From Pseudovirgaria hyperparasitica (Eukaryota): a stretch of DNA of 64,000 bases. Shown here in pieces: positions 63,333-64,000 of this stretch (positions are counted from its first letter, which is position 1; every line of letters starts with the position of its first letter). The notes beneath the pieces are model-generated. The model did not search any database. It was not told the DNA's origin and saw only the letters and a list, made by a program, of their open reading frames with translations. Made by a program: the position numbers and the translations under genes. Location: assembly GCA_010093815.1 (NCBI GenBank), contig ML996577.1. One strand, written 5' to 3'.

Positions 63333-63630
63333 GCCATGGGTATCATATTGTTGTTTGTTATTTGCATCAGAGGCGTCAGGCGCACCAGACGCATGTGGCA
63401 TACACACCGCCCGAGTACTGGAGGATCACTATATACACTATTTTTTACACGCGAACACGAGATTGAGCAGGTAGATTAGGCTCAAGGAGCCTCCCATACT
63501 CGAATAGCCTCAGCAGACTACCATTATTTCGTCAAACGACCTAAAATATATATACCAAAGGCTCATAACCAGTCTTTTATTCGGAAGCTCCCTGACGGAC
63601 GAGTTGTGCATCTAGCTCCCACAACGACTG

Positions 63631-64000
63631 TCAGCCCTTTTGAAAATAGTTAGCCAGCGTATTCTTCTGACCCGGCCCTGTATCCTTTGGACCCTTCTTC
63701 GCACTCCTACGATCCTCATCCACCTTCTTCTCCTTCATGCCCACCCTTAAAACTGCCATCAACTCCTCGAACTCCTGGATCCCCACAATGCCTCCACTCG
63801 CCTCCTTATGCCCACGTGCAAAACTCTCCCCCAATCGCTCCACAAGGCTCTCACCACCCTCGCTTGCGACCCTCTGCAATGTCTCGATGATATCCACTTT
63901 GTCCCACCCCTCCCGCCCCGCCGCGCACCGCGCAACACGACAGCTGAAATTCACTCTTCCGGGCAGGTAGCCCGTATTCGCAGCAAGGATAATCTCGAGC
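63631..64000 (-). CDS. 3' end of a probable DHH-family phosphoesterase (gene continues beyond the window)
   Basis: ANTGYLPGRVNFSCR...FARGHKEASGG resembles the DHHA1 S-x-R / GH--A-G motifs. Confidence 0.6.
   Translation of the reverse strand, partial: LEIILAANTGYLPGRVNFSCRVARCAAGREGWDKVDIIETLQRVASEGGESLVERLGESFARGHKEASGGIVGIQEFEELMAVLRVGMKEKKVDEDRRSAKKGPKDTGPGQKNTLANYFQKG

Overview
Eukaryotic genomic DNA from a filamentous ascomycete. It has short GT-AG introns with CTAAC/CTGAC branch sites and RIP-like transposon relics; a Dothideomycete-like Pezizomycotina origin is my inference. There are three zones. (1) About 1-15.5 kb is a compact housekeeping block: RPC82, QCR2, ATP15, MAK10, CENP-W-like, PRE5, VPS55, VPS68, LOC1, an Eht1/Eeb1-like hydrolase and an Scc4/MAU2 cohesin loader. 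RPC82, ATP15 and VPS68 are absent from the ORF track and were reconstructed by manual splicing. (2) About 15.5-53 kb is plastic and microsatellite-rich. It holds two MFS sugar porters, a MYND protein, a small Cys-rich secreted candidate, a PI-PLC, orphan genes, a cupredoxin-like membrane protein, a foldback/MITE-like element, three phosphotransferase (APH-like) genes in different states of decay, and RIP-degenerated repeats including a hAT relic. (3) About 54-64 kb returns to conserved genes: a Pho80/PREG cyclin, a hypothetical protein, ARMC8/Vid28 and a partial DHH-family gene. Most notable: two near-identical 52-nt introns flanking a 42-nt exon, the tail-to-tail VPS55/VPS68 pair (partners in one complex), CreA-site microsatellites upstream of both sugar porters, repeated AC-rich to GT-rich compositional switches, and a single in-frame TAG at a likely Trp position in an otherwise intact kinase-like gene. 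All gene identities come from recognising motifs by eye; no searches were run.
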